Positions 17,659-27,783 are shown, counted from the stretch's first letter. The stretch is DNA of 64,000 bases from an uncultured Gemmatimonadaceae bacterium (GCA_963740355.1 CAVUDW010000002.1:352001-416000); one strand, 5' to 3'. Program-made: numbers and translations. Notes: generated by a model from the letters alone, not told the origin.

Positions 17659-18684
17659 TCAGCCGACTCCGAGCACGGGGTGGCCGCCGGTGGCGGCGGC
17701 GTCGGTGAGGGCGGCGACGAGGAGCGGGCGCGTAGTGCCGAGCACCTGCGGGGTGTCGAGCACACTCTCGACCACGATGCGCGCACGGCCGTCGACCACC
17801 GAATGCAACTTCGCATTGGCGCGGGTCACGCCTTTCACACCCGCTGCCGCTTGTTGGCAGCGAACCGCAAGCGCAAGCAACGATTCACCGGTCTCACCGT
17901 TGGCTGGAACGCCCACTGTGAGCGACACCATGCGCGTGCGCGTGCGGCTGACGTTGGTCAGTCGGGTCTTCATCACGTCGGCGTTGGCGAGACTCACTTC
18001 CTCGCCCGTGCCAAGCCGAAGGCGTGTCGTCTTCAGGCCCACGTTTTCGACGCGGCCTGTCACGTCGCCGACGGTGATTTCATCGCCGACCACGAACGGC
18101 TTGTCGAACGCGATCGCGAGCGCAGCCAACAGGTCGCCGAGGATGTTCTGGACCGCCAGTGCGACTGCGATACCCGTGATGCCGAGGCCCGTGACCAGGG
18201 CCGTGACGTTGATGCCGAAGTTGTCCAGCGCCAGCACCAGCACGATCACGAAGACCGCGGCCCGGATCAGGACGCCCACCACCGCCAGGGATGCGCGACT
18301 GGACTGCGTGCCGTCGGCATTGGTGTGCATGCGATGGAGCCAGAAATCCACCGAGGCGTTCGCCCACCACAGGAGCTGCAGACAGAAGGCGCCGATCGTG
18401 AACATCCGCAACCAGGTTGGCAGCTGCGAGCTGGTCGTCTCGTAGTACGCCGCCGTCGAGATGCCCATCGCCAGCATGTAGATGCGCGATGTCTTCCGGG
18501 CCAGCAGCAGGAACAGGTCGTCCACCCAGGTGTCGGTCGCGGCGGACCCCTTGAGCCGCTTCACCATCAGCTCCCGGATCGTCCACAGCGCTGCAATGGT
18601 GAGTGTGCCGATGCCGAGGCCCTTCAGCAGCTCGAGATACGAGATGCCCATCAGCGCGTGGTCGCGAAGCGTATTCATCAACAT
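17659..18684 (-). CDS. MscS family mechanosensitive channel
   Basis: GLGITGIAVALAVQNILGD, DKPFVVGDEI, GRVENVGLKTTRLR; start approximate. Confidence 0.9.
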   Translation of the reverse strand: MLMNTLRDHALMGISYLELLKGLGIGTLTIAALWTIRELMVKRLKGSAATDTWVDDLFLLLARKTSRIYMLAMGISTAAYYETTSSQLPTWLRMFTIGAFCLQLLWWANASVDFWLHRMHTNADGTQSSRASLAVVGVLIRAAVFVIVLVLALDNFGINVTALVTGLGITGIAVALAVQNILGDLLAALAIAFDKPFVVGDEITVGDVTGRVENVGLKTTRLRLGTGEEVSLANADVMKTRLTNVSRTRTRMVSLTVGVPANGETGESLLALAVRCQQAAAGVKGVTRANAKLHSVVDGRARIVVESVLDTPQVLGTTRPLLVAALTDAAATGGHPVLGVG

Positions 18685-18794
18685 CCAGTTGGTGGTGCGT
18701 GGCGTAAGGAGGTGGGGCCGGGGAACCAATCACCGCGCCCGTGTCTTGTCGTGCCTCTGAGGAGGGCTCGCCCTCCAAACATATCTTCCTTGCG

Positions 18795-21479
18795 ATGCGC
18801 GCCCTCAATTTCGCTGCCCTCGCGGCACTGCTGGCCTCGCCGACGCTCCTGTCGGCGCAAGATTCCTCTCGCGTCCGTCCGGACAGCGTCACCTGCGTCC
18901 GGCGGCCAGCCACCGCGGGGTGCCGTCGCTTCCGTGACTCCACGGCGGCGCAGCTGTCGGTGGTCAGTGTGGTGGCCGATCAGCCGCGACGCCTGCTCAA
19001 TCGAAGCACGGCCACCGTTGGAGGCACCGTCGAGCGAAAGGAGCTGAACGCGCTCCCGACCGACTCCCGTGATCCAATTTCACTGGCCTTTTCGCTGCCG
19101 AACGTGGCGCAGGCCACCGGCTTCTTCGGTGACGCACCACGCCTCACGATCAACGGCAGCAATTCGCTCTACACCTCATACACCATCGATGGCCTCGAGA
19201 ACAACGAAGGGTTCCTCGGTGGTGCGCGCGTCGAACTGCCGCTGTCGGCGCTGGAGCGACTGAGCGTTGCCGCGAACACCTATGGCGCGGATATCGGCCG
19301 CAGCAGCAATGGCGTGGTCCAGTTCGAGACGCGATCCGGCAAGGCGAAGTGGGGCGGCGAGGCGTTCGCCTACAACCGCCCCGGTGTGCCATTCGATGCT
19401 CGTGCCAAGATCGTGCCCGGCGGCAACGCCGACGCCTTCAACAAGGCGCAGGATGGCTTCCGTCGCACGCAGGTCGGCGCGGCGGGCGGCGGGCCGTTGG
19501 TGAAGGATCGCACCTTCGTCTTCGGTGCGCTGGAATACACGAACGAAAACGAGGATCGCATCGCGAGCACCACCAGCGTGCCGTTCGTTGGTCGTGAGTT
19601 GCGCCAGATCTGGAAGGCCTTCGGTCGTCTCGATCAGGGCCTCGGCAATGCCGGCAGCCTGACGGCGAAGTTTGCGCTCACCAGTACCGATCGGGCGGGT
19701 CAGGGTAGTGGTATCCTCGCGCCCGAGGCAGACACGCGCACGCAGCGCATCGGCTCACTGAGCAGCGTTACACATCGCGCCTCGCTGAGCAATGGCCGCG
19801 CCAGCCAGGTCACCTCGCTGCAGTTCGGCACCTTCCGCTGGAACTTCCCGCCGACGCGCAGCAGCTTCAGCATCCCGCAAGTGACGATCGTCGCCAACGA
19901 TCCGGCGCGACCGGGCAACACGATCACGCAGGCCATTGTCGGCAGCAGCAACTTCGTCTTCGACGAGTCGGAGCGTCAGTTCCAGTTGCGCACCGAGCAT
20001 CGACGCGAGCTGGGCGCGAAGAACACGATCAGCACCGGCGTCGACATTGCTCGCAGTGCCTTCGAGCTGACGGGGTCCAACACCAATCCGATCGGCAGCT
20101 ACACCGTGCTGAATACCGGGAACATCAACCCGGCGGCGGGACGGTTCTACACTTACGGCGACATCCCGCAGGATGTACAGGTGCTTCGCTACAGCATCGA
20201 TGCCCGGCAGAAGCAGGTAAACCTGTCGCAGCTGCTGACCAGCGCCTGGTTCGAGGATCGGTTCACGCCAACCTCCGAGCTCACGATCAACGCCGGCCTG
20301 CGCTGGGACTACGATGATCTGACGTCTCGTGGTGAGAGCAAGCCTGACCTGAACAATTTTCAGCCGCGCGTCTCGATCAACTGGACGCCCACCGATCGTT
20401 CGGTGCTGCGCGTTGGTGCCGGTCGCTACACGGGCAAGTTTCCCTACACGATTTATTCCGACGCGGTGCAGTTCGGCCCCGATGGCAACGCCACCATCAC
20501 ACTCGACGGCGCACAGGCTCCAGCCTTCGGCCAGGGGCCGCGTGGCGAGTCGCTGGCCGCGCAGTCGAGCACGTTCCCGCCGCGCGAGATCCGGCGACTC
20601 TTCGCGCTTGGTCTCGAGCAGCCATACAGCGACCAGGTCAGCCTCGGCTTCCAGTATCAGGTCACGCCAGCGGTTGGCATCACTGTCGACGCGGTTGCCA
20701 CGCAGACGAACAACCTCCCGCTATCGTGGGACCTGAATGCGAATACCCGCGGTATCCGTCCCGGCGATGTGACGTCCGTCCCGGTCTCCGAGGGTGACAC
20801 GTTCCGCCCCGTGGCTCCTGTCGCCGGCAGCTATCGCCGCCTGACCACATCAGCGTCGCGAGGTGAAGCGAACTACATCGGCCTCACCACCGCACTTCGC
20901 TGGCAGCCGGAGCGCACCATTCTGCTCGACGCGAACTACACAGTGAGCCGCTCGCGGAACAACACCGAGGACATCAACTTCAACGCCACGCAAGGCAACA
21001 ACTTCGATGCCGAGTGGGCGGATGCGGTCAATGATCGCCGCCACAAGTTGTCGCTGCGTGCGGTGTACACTGGCATTCGTCGACTCTCGCTGAGCACCGT
21101 GTTCGACGTGCAGTCGGGCACTCCAATCAACCGCATTGCCGGCTTCTGCGGCGCATCGTACTGCGACCTCGATGGCTCCGGCGATACATTCGGCAACGGC
21201 TTCCTCGGCAACCAGGATCGTTTCTTTGGCGTTGCGCGCAATGGCGAACGGTTGCCGGCAGCGACGCTCGTGAACCTTGGTGCTGGTTATGAGCTTGGCC
21301 CGGTGCAGCTGCGCGCGGACCTGTTCAATGCCTTCAACACCCGCAATGTGAGTGGCTACGCGAATGGACTTCCTGGTGGTGGTGCGCGGACACAGGTGGG
21401 CCGGCCGGGTGATCCGGTCGTATTCCCGAGTGCGGCGCCAGCCCGTCAGGTGCAGTTCTCCGCCCGTTATGCATTCTGA
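18795..21479 (+). CDS. TonB-dependent outer-membrane receptor (Oar-like)
   Basis: Signal peptide, plug YTIDGLENN..YGADIGR, LTINAGLRWDY, NNFQPRVS, DLFNAFN, C-terminal ARYAF. Confidence 0.9.
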   Translation: MRALNFAALAALLASPTLLSAQDSSRVRPDSVTCVRRPATAGCRRFRDSTAAQLSVVSVVADQPRRLLNRSTATVGGTVERKELNALPTDSRDPISLAFSLPNVAQATGFFGDAPRLTINGSNSLYTSYTIDGLENNEGFLGGARVELPLSALERLSVAANTYGADIGRSSNGVVQFETRSGKAKWGGEAFAYNRPGVPFDARAKIVPGGNADAFNKAQDGFRRTQVGAAGGGPLVKDRTFVFGALEYTNENEDRIASTTSVPFVGRELRQIWKAFGRLDQGLGNAGSLTAKFALTSTDRAGQGSGILAPEADTRTQRIGSLSSVTHRASLSNGRASQVTSLQFGTFRWNFPPTRSSFSIPQVTIVANDPARPGNTITQAIVGSSNFVFDESERQFQLRTEHRRELGAKNTISTGVDIARSAFELTGSNTNPIGSYTVLNTGNINPAAGRFYTYGDIPQDVQVLRYSIDARQKQVNLSQLLTSAWFEDRFTPTSELTINAGLRWDYDDLTSRGESKPDLNNFQPRVSINWTPTDRSVLRVGAGRYTGKFPYTIYSDAVQFGPDGNATITLDGAQAPAFGQGPRGESLAAQSSTFPPREIRRLFALGLEQPYSDQVSLGFQYQVTPAVGITVDAVATQTNNLPLSWDLNANTRGIRPGDVTSVPVSEGDTFRPVAPVAGSYRRLTTSASRGEANYIGLTTALRWQPERTILLDANYTVSRSRNNTEDINFNATQGNNFDAEWADAVNDRRHKLSLRAVYTGIRRLSLSTVFDVQSGTPINRIAGFCGASYCDLDGSGDTFGNGFLGNQDRFFGVARNGERLPAATLVNLGAGYELGPVQLRADLFNAFNTRNVSGYANGLPGGGARTQVGRPGDPVVFPSAAPARQVQFSARYAF

Positions 21480-22710
21480 CAGGTCGACCGTGGCAGGACG
21501 GCGCGCATCACTCGCCGTCCTGCTAGCGGTCGCGGTGGCGTTCGGATGTGCACGAACGGCGCCCGCCGTCACCGCCGCCGAACTCGCACGACTCCCGTGG
21601 GACAGTGTCGTGGCACGGGCGCGCGGCACCGCGGTCGTCTGGCGGATGTGGCGTGGTGATCCATCCGTCAATGCCTACGTGGACAAGTGGGTCGCGCCGC
21701 GATTGCAGGCAGAATTCGGCATCACGCTGCAAGCGGTGAGCGGGCAGGGCAATGAATTGGTGGACCAGCTCACCGTGGAGCGAGAGTCGGGTGCGCGCAC
21801 TGGCACCGCGAGCCTGATGTGGATCAACGGTGAGACCTTCAGTGCGATGCGCAGTCGGCAGCTGCTCGCAGGTCCGTGGAGTGGGTCACTTCCCGCGGGC
21901 GCAGCCGTCGATAGTTCATCGCCGATCATCAGTCGAGACTTCGAGCAGGACCCGGCCGGGTTCGAGTCGCCGTGGGGCACGGTGCAGTTGGCGCTGATCT
22001 ACGACAGCGCGCGCACACCGCTACCGCCACGCTCCGTGGCCGAACTCACGAGCTGGATCCGGGCACATCCCGGTCGATTCACGTATGACCAGAGTTTCGC
22101 AGGCACCACGTTCCTCAAAGGAATGCTCTATTCGCTGAACGGCGGCGTGGAGACCTACCAGGGCGGCTTCGATTCCACGAAGTATCTGGCGGGTCGCGCT
22201 CGTCTTTTCGCGCTGCTCGATTCATTGAAGCCGTCGCTTTGGCGCAAGGGCACACAGTATCCCGCCGACGTCGCGGCGCTGCACCGCCTCTTCGCGAACA
22301 AGGAGGTCGACTTCACACTCTCCAACAACCAGAACGAGGCGGTGACGAAGGCGATGCAAGGTGTGTTGCCCCCCACTAGCCGTGCCCTCGTGTTGCGGGA
22401 TGGCACGATCGCCAACGCCCACTTTCTCGGCATTCCGTTCAATGCGCCGAATGCTGCCGGCGCCATGGTGGTGGCGAACTTTCTGCTCTCCCCCGCCGCG
22501 CAGTTGGAGAAGCAGCGTCCGACGGTCTGGGCCGACGGCACCGTCCTCAGCCTGTCGCGACTCCCGGCGGAATGGAAGCTGCGATTCGACTCTGTCGTGA
22601 ATGATCCGCGGCTGGTGCCCGCCGATTCCCTGCGGCGATATGCGCGGCCGGAAGTCTCGCCGCGGTATCACGAGCGGTTGCAGGATGACTGGCGCCGGAT
22701 GATCCGCTGA
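21469..22710 (+). CDS. ynjB: ABC transporter substrate-binding lipoprotein, YnjB-like
   Basis: Lipobox AFGC; WINGETF, ESPWG, HPGRFTY, GTTFLK, HFLGIPFNA..AGAMVVANFLLSP.AQ characteristic of YnjB. Confidence 0.8.
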   Translation: MHSDRSTVAGRRASLAVLLAVAVAFGCARTAPAVTAAELARLPWDSVVARARGTAVVWRMWRGDPSVNAYVDKWVAPRLQAEFGITLQAVSGQGNELVDQLTVERESGARTGTASLMWINGETFSAMRSRQLLAGPWSGSLPAGAAVDSSSPIISRDFEQDPAGFESPWGTVQLALIYDSARTPLPPRSVAELTSWIRAHPGRFTYDQSFAGTTFLKGMLYSLNGGVETYQGGFDSTKYLAGRARLFALLDSLKPSLWRKGTQYPADVAALHRLFANKEVDFTLSNNQNEAVTKAMQGVLPPTSRALVLRDGTIANAHFLGIPFNAPNAAGAMVVANFLLSPAAQLEKQRPTVWADGTVLSLSRLPAEWKLRFDSVVNDPRLVPADSLRRYARPEVSPRYHERLQDDWRRMIR

Positions 22711-22768
22711 TCGTGTCGAAACGACAGGCACGATTGCGCTCGGGACTCGCGCTATCCACTCTCCGCGT

Positions 22769-23659
22769 GTGAACTCCGCTCGCTCATCATCCCGTCACGC
22801 TGCCCCGTACGCTGGCTCACGCCGCGGACGCGAGCGTGTCGCCAGCGTGTTGCCCGTTGCAGCCGCAGCCGCGATCCTCGGCGTGCCGCTCGTGATTGGT
22901 GTCGGCTACCTGGTCGCGGGAGCGCTCGGCCTGATAGGTGATGCGACGCCGGGTGCGCTGGGCCGCGTACTGGGCGACGGGCAGGTGCTGCGCTCTGCGA
23001 TGCTGTCGCTCTGGATCTCGACGGTGGGAACGGGCGTCGCACTCGTCGGTGCCGTCATCATCTCCCTCAGTTTCTCCCGCGCGAGCGCACTCGATCGTGC
23101 GGCTCGATTCATCGCCACCCTGCCGCTGCCGGTGCCGACGGTCGCCGCGTCGGTCGCAATACTGCTGCTGCTGTCGCAGAGTGGCTGGCTATCGCGCGTC
23201 GCAACGCAGCTCCAGCTGACTCGTGTGCCGGCCGATTTTCCCGCACTGGTTCAGGATCCCTGGGCCCTCGGTGTGATCGTGGCTGTGGTCTGGAAGGAAT
23301 TGCCATTCCTGCTGCTCGTATCGCTGTCGTTGTTATCACTACGCGGCCCTGCGCTGTCGGATGCCGCTCGGACACTCGGCGCCTCGCCGTGGCAGGTGCT
23401 GCGCACCATCACGCTGCCGTTGCTCCTGCGTGGACTGGCACCGAGTGTCATTGCAGTGTTCGTGTTCGTGCTTGGCTCGCTCGAGCTTCCGTTGGTGTTG
23501 GCGCCCAGCTCACCGCTCGCGTTGCCGATGCTGATCCAGGAACGTCGACAGGCGCTCGATGCCCAGTCGCATGGCGAAGCGTATCTGGTCGCGCTGATGG
23601 CAACGATCCTTGCGATGATTGCCGTGGCGGCACACGAATGGCTCCGGGACGACGCATGA
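22769..23659 (+). CDS. ABC transporter permease (YnjC N-half-like)
   Basis: LLLLSQSGWLSR, WKELPF, EAA-like loop DAARTLGAS; start uncertain. Confidence 0.85.
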   Translation: MNSARSSSRHAAPYAGSRRGRERVASVLPVAAAAAILGVPLVIGVGYLVAGALGLIGDATPGALGRVLGDGQVLRSAMLSLWISTVGTGVALVGAVIISLSFSRASALDRAARFIATLPLPVPTVAASVAILLLLSQSGWLSRVATQLQLTRVPADFPALVQDPWALGVIVAVVWKELPFLLLVSLSLLSLRGPALSDAARTLGASPWQVLRTITLPLLLRGLAPSVIAVFVFVLGSLELPLVLAPSSPLALPMLIQERRQALDAQSHGEAYLVALMATILAMIAVAAHEWLRDDA

Positions 23660-24450
23660 CGCATCGGTCACCGTTGCCGCGCGTTGCCCTCTTCGTGGTG
23701 CTGACGCTTTTCGCGATTGCACCACTGCTGCTGTTGATCGTCACGTCCGTGGCACGCGGTTGGTTCTATCCTGCCATCGCACCGGCGGCAATCGATTTCA
23801 GCGCGTGGCGGGAACTGTTTTCAGAGCCCGCGCACCGGGGTGCATTGCTCAACAGCGTGATCCTTGGTGTCGCGACGGCCATCGCAGCCACGATGTGTGC
23901 CCTGCCGCTCGGGCGAACCGCGGCGCGCGGCGCACGCAGCACGAGGCGCGCCGTGGCCGTGCTGGCGTTTGCAGCGGTGGCCATGCCGCCGGTCGCCCTT
24001 GGCGTGGGCCTGCAGTTGACCGTGCTCACGCTTGGACTCGGCGGTTCGCTGGGCGGTGTCTTCCTCGCGCACCTGGTGCCAACGCTGGGGTATCTCACGC
24101 TGATCTTCCTTGGCGTGTTCACGCAGTGGGACGGCCGACTCGAGGAAGCTGCAGCGACCCTCGGTGCAACGGGCGTCAACCGCTGGCGCTACGTGTTGTT
24201 GCCGTTGCTCCGCCGACCGATCGTCGAGGCCCTCGCACTCGGTTTCCTCGTCAGCTGGGCGCAGGTTGCGTTGACCCTGCTGGTTGGTGGCGGTGCCGTG
24301 CGCACACTGCCGTTGGATGTGCTGGCACTGCTGCAGGCGGGTCAGGATCAGCGAGCCGCCGCGGGGGCGCTGGCGCTGGCGATTCCGGCGCTGATTGTCG
24401 TCAGCATCTCGCGGATCGCCGCGCGCGGCACCGCAGCGGTGGCGGCGTGA
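23656..24450 (+). CDS. ABC transporter permease (YnjC C-half-like)
   Basis: EEAAATLGA loop, GWFYP, TLLVGGG; ATGA overlap with upstream gene. Confidence 0.85.
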   Translation: MTHRSPLPRVALFVVLTLFAIAPLLLLIVTSVARGWFYPAIAPAAIDFSAWRELFSEPAHRGALLNSVILGVATAIAATMCALPLGRTAARGARSTRRAVAVLAFAAVAMPPVALGVGLQLTVLTLGLGGSLGGVFLAHLVPTLGYLTLIFLGVFTQWDGRLEEAAATLGATGVNRWRYVLLPLLRRPIVEALALGFLVSWAQVALTLLVGGGAVRTLPLDVLALLQAGQDQRAAAGALALAIPALIVVSISRIAARGTAAVAA

Positions 24451-25484
24451 CATCGACACTCGAGGTGACAGGCCTACGCGTCGATTTCGGCGAGCGCGTC
24501 GGTTTGCGCGACGTCTCGTTCGCGGTCGAAGCCGGTGACTGCCTCGCGGTGCTCGGTGTCTCGGGCTCCGGCAAGTCATCGCTGTTGCGAACGCTGGCCG
24601 GACTGCAGGCCGCATCGGCGGGGCGAATCGTGGTGAAGGGCCGCGACGTGACGACGCTGCCACCGGAACGGCGAAGTATCGTCTATCTGCATCAGGAACC
24701 GGTGCTGTTCCCGCATCGGACAGTGCTCGAGAATGTCGCGTTTCCGCTGCTGGTGCGGGGTGTCGCGCCCGGCGAGGCCCGCGCTTCCGCACACACCTGG
24801 CTCACGCGTTTGCAGGTCGATGAGCTGGCGGCACGTTCCACGGACGCGGTGAGCGGCGGTCAACGGCATCGCATCGCGTTAGCACGTGCCCTCTGTGCCG
24901 AGCCTGACGTGTTGCTGCTCGATGAACCACTGGCATCGCTGGATCCCGCCATTCGCCGCGATGTGCGCGAGGCGCTGCTCGCTGCGCGCGCGGCCAGCGG
25001 TGCAGCGATGCTGCTCGTGACCCATGACCTGGATGATGCCCTCGCAATTGCGAGTCACATCTCGACCATCGACGGGTCATCGCTCTCGGCGGCGAAAGCG
25101 CCAGCGGAACTCCTGCGCTCGCCGCCGTCGCTGGAAACGGCTCGACTCCTGGGCGTATATGCAGAGATCCATGGCACGGTGTCCGATGACAGTTCGGAGT
25201 TGTTCTACTGGATTGGCGGCGCGATTCCCGCCGCGGGTGTTCCGTCAGGCGCCACCGTCGCGTGTGTGCGCGCGCATGAAGTCAGCGTGCGGCCTGGCGC
25301 TGCGCTCTCGGCCCCGCTGCTGACGGTGGCTGAACGCCGCGACGGTGCACACGAATCGCTGCTGACCGTGCGCACTGATAGTGGCGAGACCGCCACGGTC
25401 CGAGTCGGCAGCGGCGTCGCGGTAACACCTGGCGACGTGATCCAGCTCGCGATCACGCAGGCGCGTTTCTTCACCCCCGACTGA
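24447..25484 (+). CDS. ABC transporter ATP-binding protein (YnjD/PotA-like)
   Basis: GVSGSGKS Walker A, VSGGQ signature, LLLDEP Walker B, VTHD; GTGA overlap. Confidence 0.92.
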   Translation: MTSTLEVTGLRVDFGERVGLRDVSFAVEAGDCLAVLGVSGSGKSSLLRTLAGLQAASAGRIVVKGRDVTTLPPERRSIVYLHQEPVLFPHRTVLENVAFPLLVRGVAPGEARASAHTWLTRLQVDELAARSTDAVSGGQRHRIALARALCAEPDVLLLDEPLASLDPAIRRDVREALLAARAASGAAMLLVTHDLDDALAIASHISTIDGSSLSAAKAPAELLRSPPSLETARLLGVYAEIHGTVSDDSSELFYWIGGAIPAAGVPSGATVACVRAHEVSVRPGAALSAPLLTVAERRDGAHESLLTVRTDSGETATVRVGSGVAVTPGDVIQLAITQARFFTPD

Positions 25485-25490
25485 CGTCCC

Positions 25491-26096
25491 GTGTTCGATC
25501 ACTTGCTCCGTGGCCTGAAGGATCGATTGCTGGCGCCGCTCGCCATGCTGTTGCGCGGTGTCCCGCCGAACCTGTTGTCGGTCGTGGCACTGGCATTTGG
25601 CCTCGGCGCCGCCGTAGCTGCCTCGCGGGCGGCGTGGGGGGTGGGACTGGCGCTCTGGCTCACGAACAGGATCATCGATGGCCTCGACGGCACAGTGGCC
25701 CGGGTGGCGGAACGGCAGACTGATTTCGGCGGTTATCTGGACATTCTGCTGGATTTCGTCGTCTATGCCGCAGTCCCGGTCGGTCTGGCAATCCAATCGA
25801 CCGATCGCGTCGTTTTGCTATGGACGGCGGCCATGGAAGGCGCCTTCTTCGTCAACGCCTGCAGCTGGATGTACCTCTCGGCCGTATTGGAGAAACGCGC
25901 ATCCGGTGCGCAGGCGACTGGCGAACTCACGACAGTGACCATGCCGGCCGCACTGGTGGCCGGTTTTGAGACGGTGGTGTTTTACGCGTTGTTTTTCCTC
26001 TTCCCGGCGAAGCTGGCGCTGCTGTTCGGCATCATGACGACGCTGGTGGGTATCAACATCCTTCAGCGCCTCGTCTGGGCTCGCCGAGTGTTGTAG
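25491..26096 (+). CDS. ynjF: CDP-alcohol phosphatidyltransferase family protein, YnjF-like
   Basis: DGLDGTVAR....TDFGGYLDILLD matches the DGxxARx8Gx3Dx3D motif. Confidence 0.85.
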   Translation: MFDHLLRGLKDRLLAPLAMLLRGVPPNLLSVVALAFGLGAAVAASRAAWGVGLALWLTNRIIDGLDGTVARVAERQTDFGGYLDILLDFVVYAAVPVGLAIQSTDRVVLLWTAAMEGAFFVNACSWMYLSAVLEKRASGAQATGELTTVTMPAALVAGFETVVFYALFFLFPAKLALLFGIMTTLVGINILQRLVWARRVL

Positions 26097-26188
26097 CCTT
26101 CTCGACCGCAGGTTCGTGCACTTGCTGTACACCCGCCGGCTCTTCGCCGCAGGTCGCTGTTCACGACTCACTTTCCACCGCTGTCGCC

Positions 26189-27115
26189 ATGCTGATCCGC
26201 AACCGAATCGAGCCGCCGTCCTCCGAGATCACGCCGGAGATCGACTACCTCAACCGCCGCCAGTTCCTTGGCATGGTTGGCAGCATTGGTGCGATCACGG
26301 CCACCGGCGCACTGGTCGAAGCGGCGATGGGCGGGCTCCACCCAGTAGGCGCACAGCAGGCGGAGGAGGTGACCGATGAGGACAAGGTCACCAGCTACAA
26401 CAACTACTATGAGTTCGGCACCGACAAGGAAGATCCGAAGGCCAACTCGCAGCAGTTCCGCACCCGCCCGTGGAGCGTGAAGGTCGAAGGGATGTGCAAG
26501 AAGCCCGGCAACATGCCGCTCGATGACTTCCTCAAGCCGAGTAGGATCGAGGATCGGACGTATCGTTTTCGGTGCGTCGAAGCGTGGAGCGCGGTGATTC
26601 CGTGGCGTGGCATTCCGCTGGCGGATGTCATTCGTCGCGCTGATCCGCTGCCGTCGGCCAGGTTCGTCGAGTTCACCACGCTCTACGATCCGGCCCAGAT
26701 GCCAGGGCAGCGTCGCGCCACGATCGCCTGGCCGTACATCGAAGGGTTGCGCCTCGATGAAGCGCTCAATCCGCTCGCCTTCCTTGCCACCGGCATGTAC
26801 GGCAAGACGCTGCCGAACCAGAATGGCGCGCCGCTGCGACTGGTCGTGCCGTGGAAGTACGGCTTCAAGAACATCAAGGCGATCGTGAAGATGAAGTTCA
26901 CCGACAAGCCGGCCAACACGACCTGGATGCAGGCTGCGCCGGATGAATACGGCTTCTATGCCAACGTGAATCCCACGGTCGATCATCCGCGCTGGAGCCA
27001 GGCGCGTGATCGCAAGCTGGGTGACATCCTGCGCAAGCCGACGCCGATGTTCAACGGCTACGAGGCCCAGGTGGCGTCGATGTACAGCGGCATGGACCTG
27101 CGTCGGAATTTCTGA
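26189..27115 (+). CDS. msrP: Protein-methionine-sulfoxide reductase catalytic subunit MsrP
   Basis: Tat motif NRRQFL, YNNYYEFG, FRCVEAWS, NGAPLRLVVPWKYGFK, HPRWSQA. Confidence 0.96.
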   Translation: MLIRNRIEPPSSEITPEIDYLNRRQFLGMVGSIGAITATGALVEAAMGGLHPVGAQQAEEVTDEDKVTSYNNYYEFGTDKEDPKANSQQFRTRPWSVKVEGMCKKPGNMPLDDFLKPSRIEDRTYRFRCVEAWSAVIPWRGIPLADVIRRADPLPSARFVEFTTLYDPAQMPGQRRATIAWPYIEGLRLDEALNPLAFLATGMYGKTLPNQNGAPLRLVVPWKYGFKNIKAIVKMKFTDKPANTTWMQAAPDEYGFYANVNPTVDHPRWSQARDRKLGDILRKPTPMFNGYEAQVASMYSGMDLRRNF

Positions 27116-27138
27116 CACCTGCTGATCTCGACCGTCGC

Positions 27139-27783
27139 ATGACTTCCGCTGTCGCCGCTCCCGCGCGGGCACGTCCGCGCGGCCCGCGCATCGGTCGTGC
27201 GTTGAAGCCGGTGGTGTTCCTCGCGCTGCTCGCGCCAGCCGTGTGGCTCGCGTACGCACTCGTCACGGGCCAGATCGATGGTGACGTGGTGAAGATCCTC
27301 GAGATCAACACCGGAACGCTGGCGTTGCGCAGCCTCGCCTACACGCTCGCCATCACGCCACTGCGACAGCTCACCGGGTGGGCGTGGCTCGCGACGTACC
27401 GCCGCATGCTGGGCCTGTTCGTGTTCTTCTACGCCACCGTGCACATGGTGGTGTATTTCGGGCTCGATCTCGAACTGCGTTTCGGCGAGATCTGGACCAG
27501 CATCGTGAAACGGCCGTACATCACGATCGGCATGATCAGCTGGTTGATCCTCGTGCCACTCGCGATCACCTCGCCGAATGCGATCGCGAAGAAACTCGGT
27601 GGTGTGAAGTGGAAGCGGTTGCATCAGCTGACGTACGTCGTCGCGATCACCGCCACCACGCACTACCTGTGGGCGGTGAAGAAGGACACCTTCTGGCCGC
27701 TGGTCTACTTCGCGCTCTTCGCCGCGCTCCTTGGTGTGCGCGCAGTGCAGTGGCAGCGGAAGCGGCGCCTGCAGTCGCGCTGA
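27139..27783 (+). CDS. msrQ: Heme-binding membrane subunit MsrQ
   Basis: LAITPLR, RRMLGL..FFYATVH, KRPYITIG, WKRLHQLTY; follows msrP. Confidence 0.93.
   Translation: MTSAVAAPARARPRGPRIGRALKPVVFLALLAPAVWLAYALVTGQIDGDVVKILEINTGTLALRSLAYTLAITPLRQLTGWAWLATYRRMLGLFVFFYATVHMVVYFGLDLELRFGEIWTSIVKRPYITIGMISWLILVPLAITSPNAIAKKLGGVKWKRLHQLTYVVAITATTHYLWAVKKDTFWPLVYFALFAALLGVRAVQWQRKRRLQSR

Noticed and set aside
17366..19047. Long plus-strand ORFs (359 and 530 aa)
   Set aside because: Antisense shadows of mscS and the repeat region; no recognisable motifs
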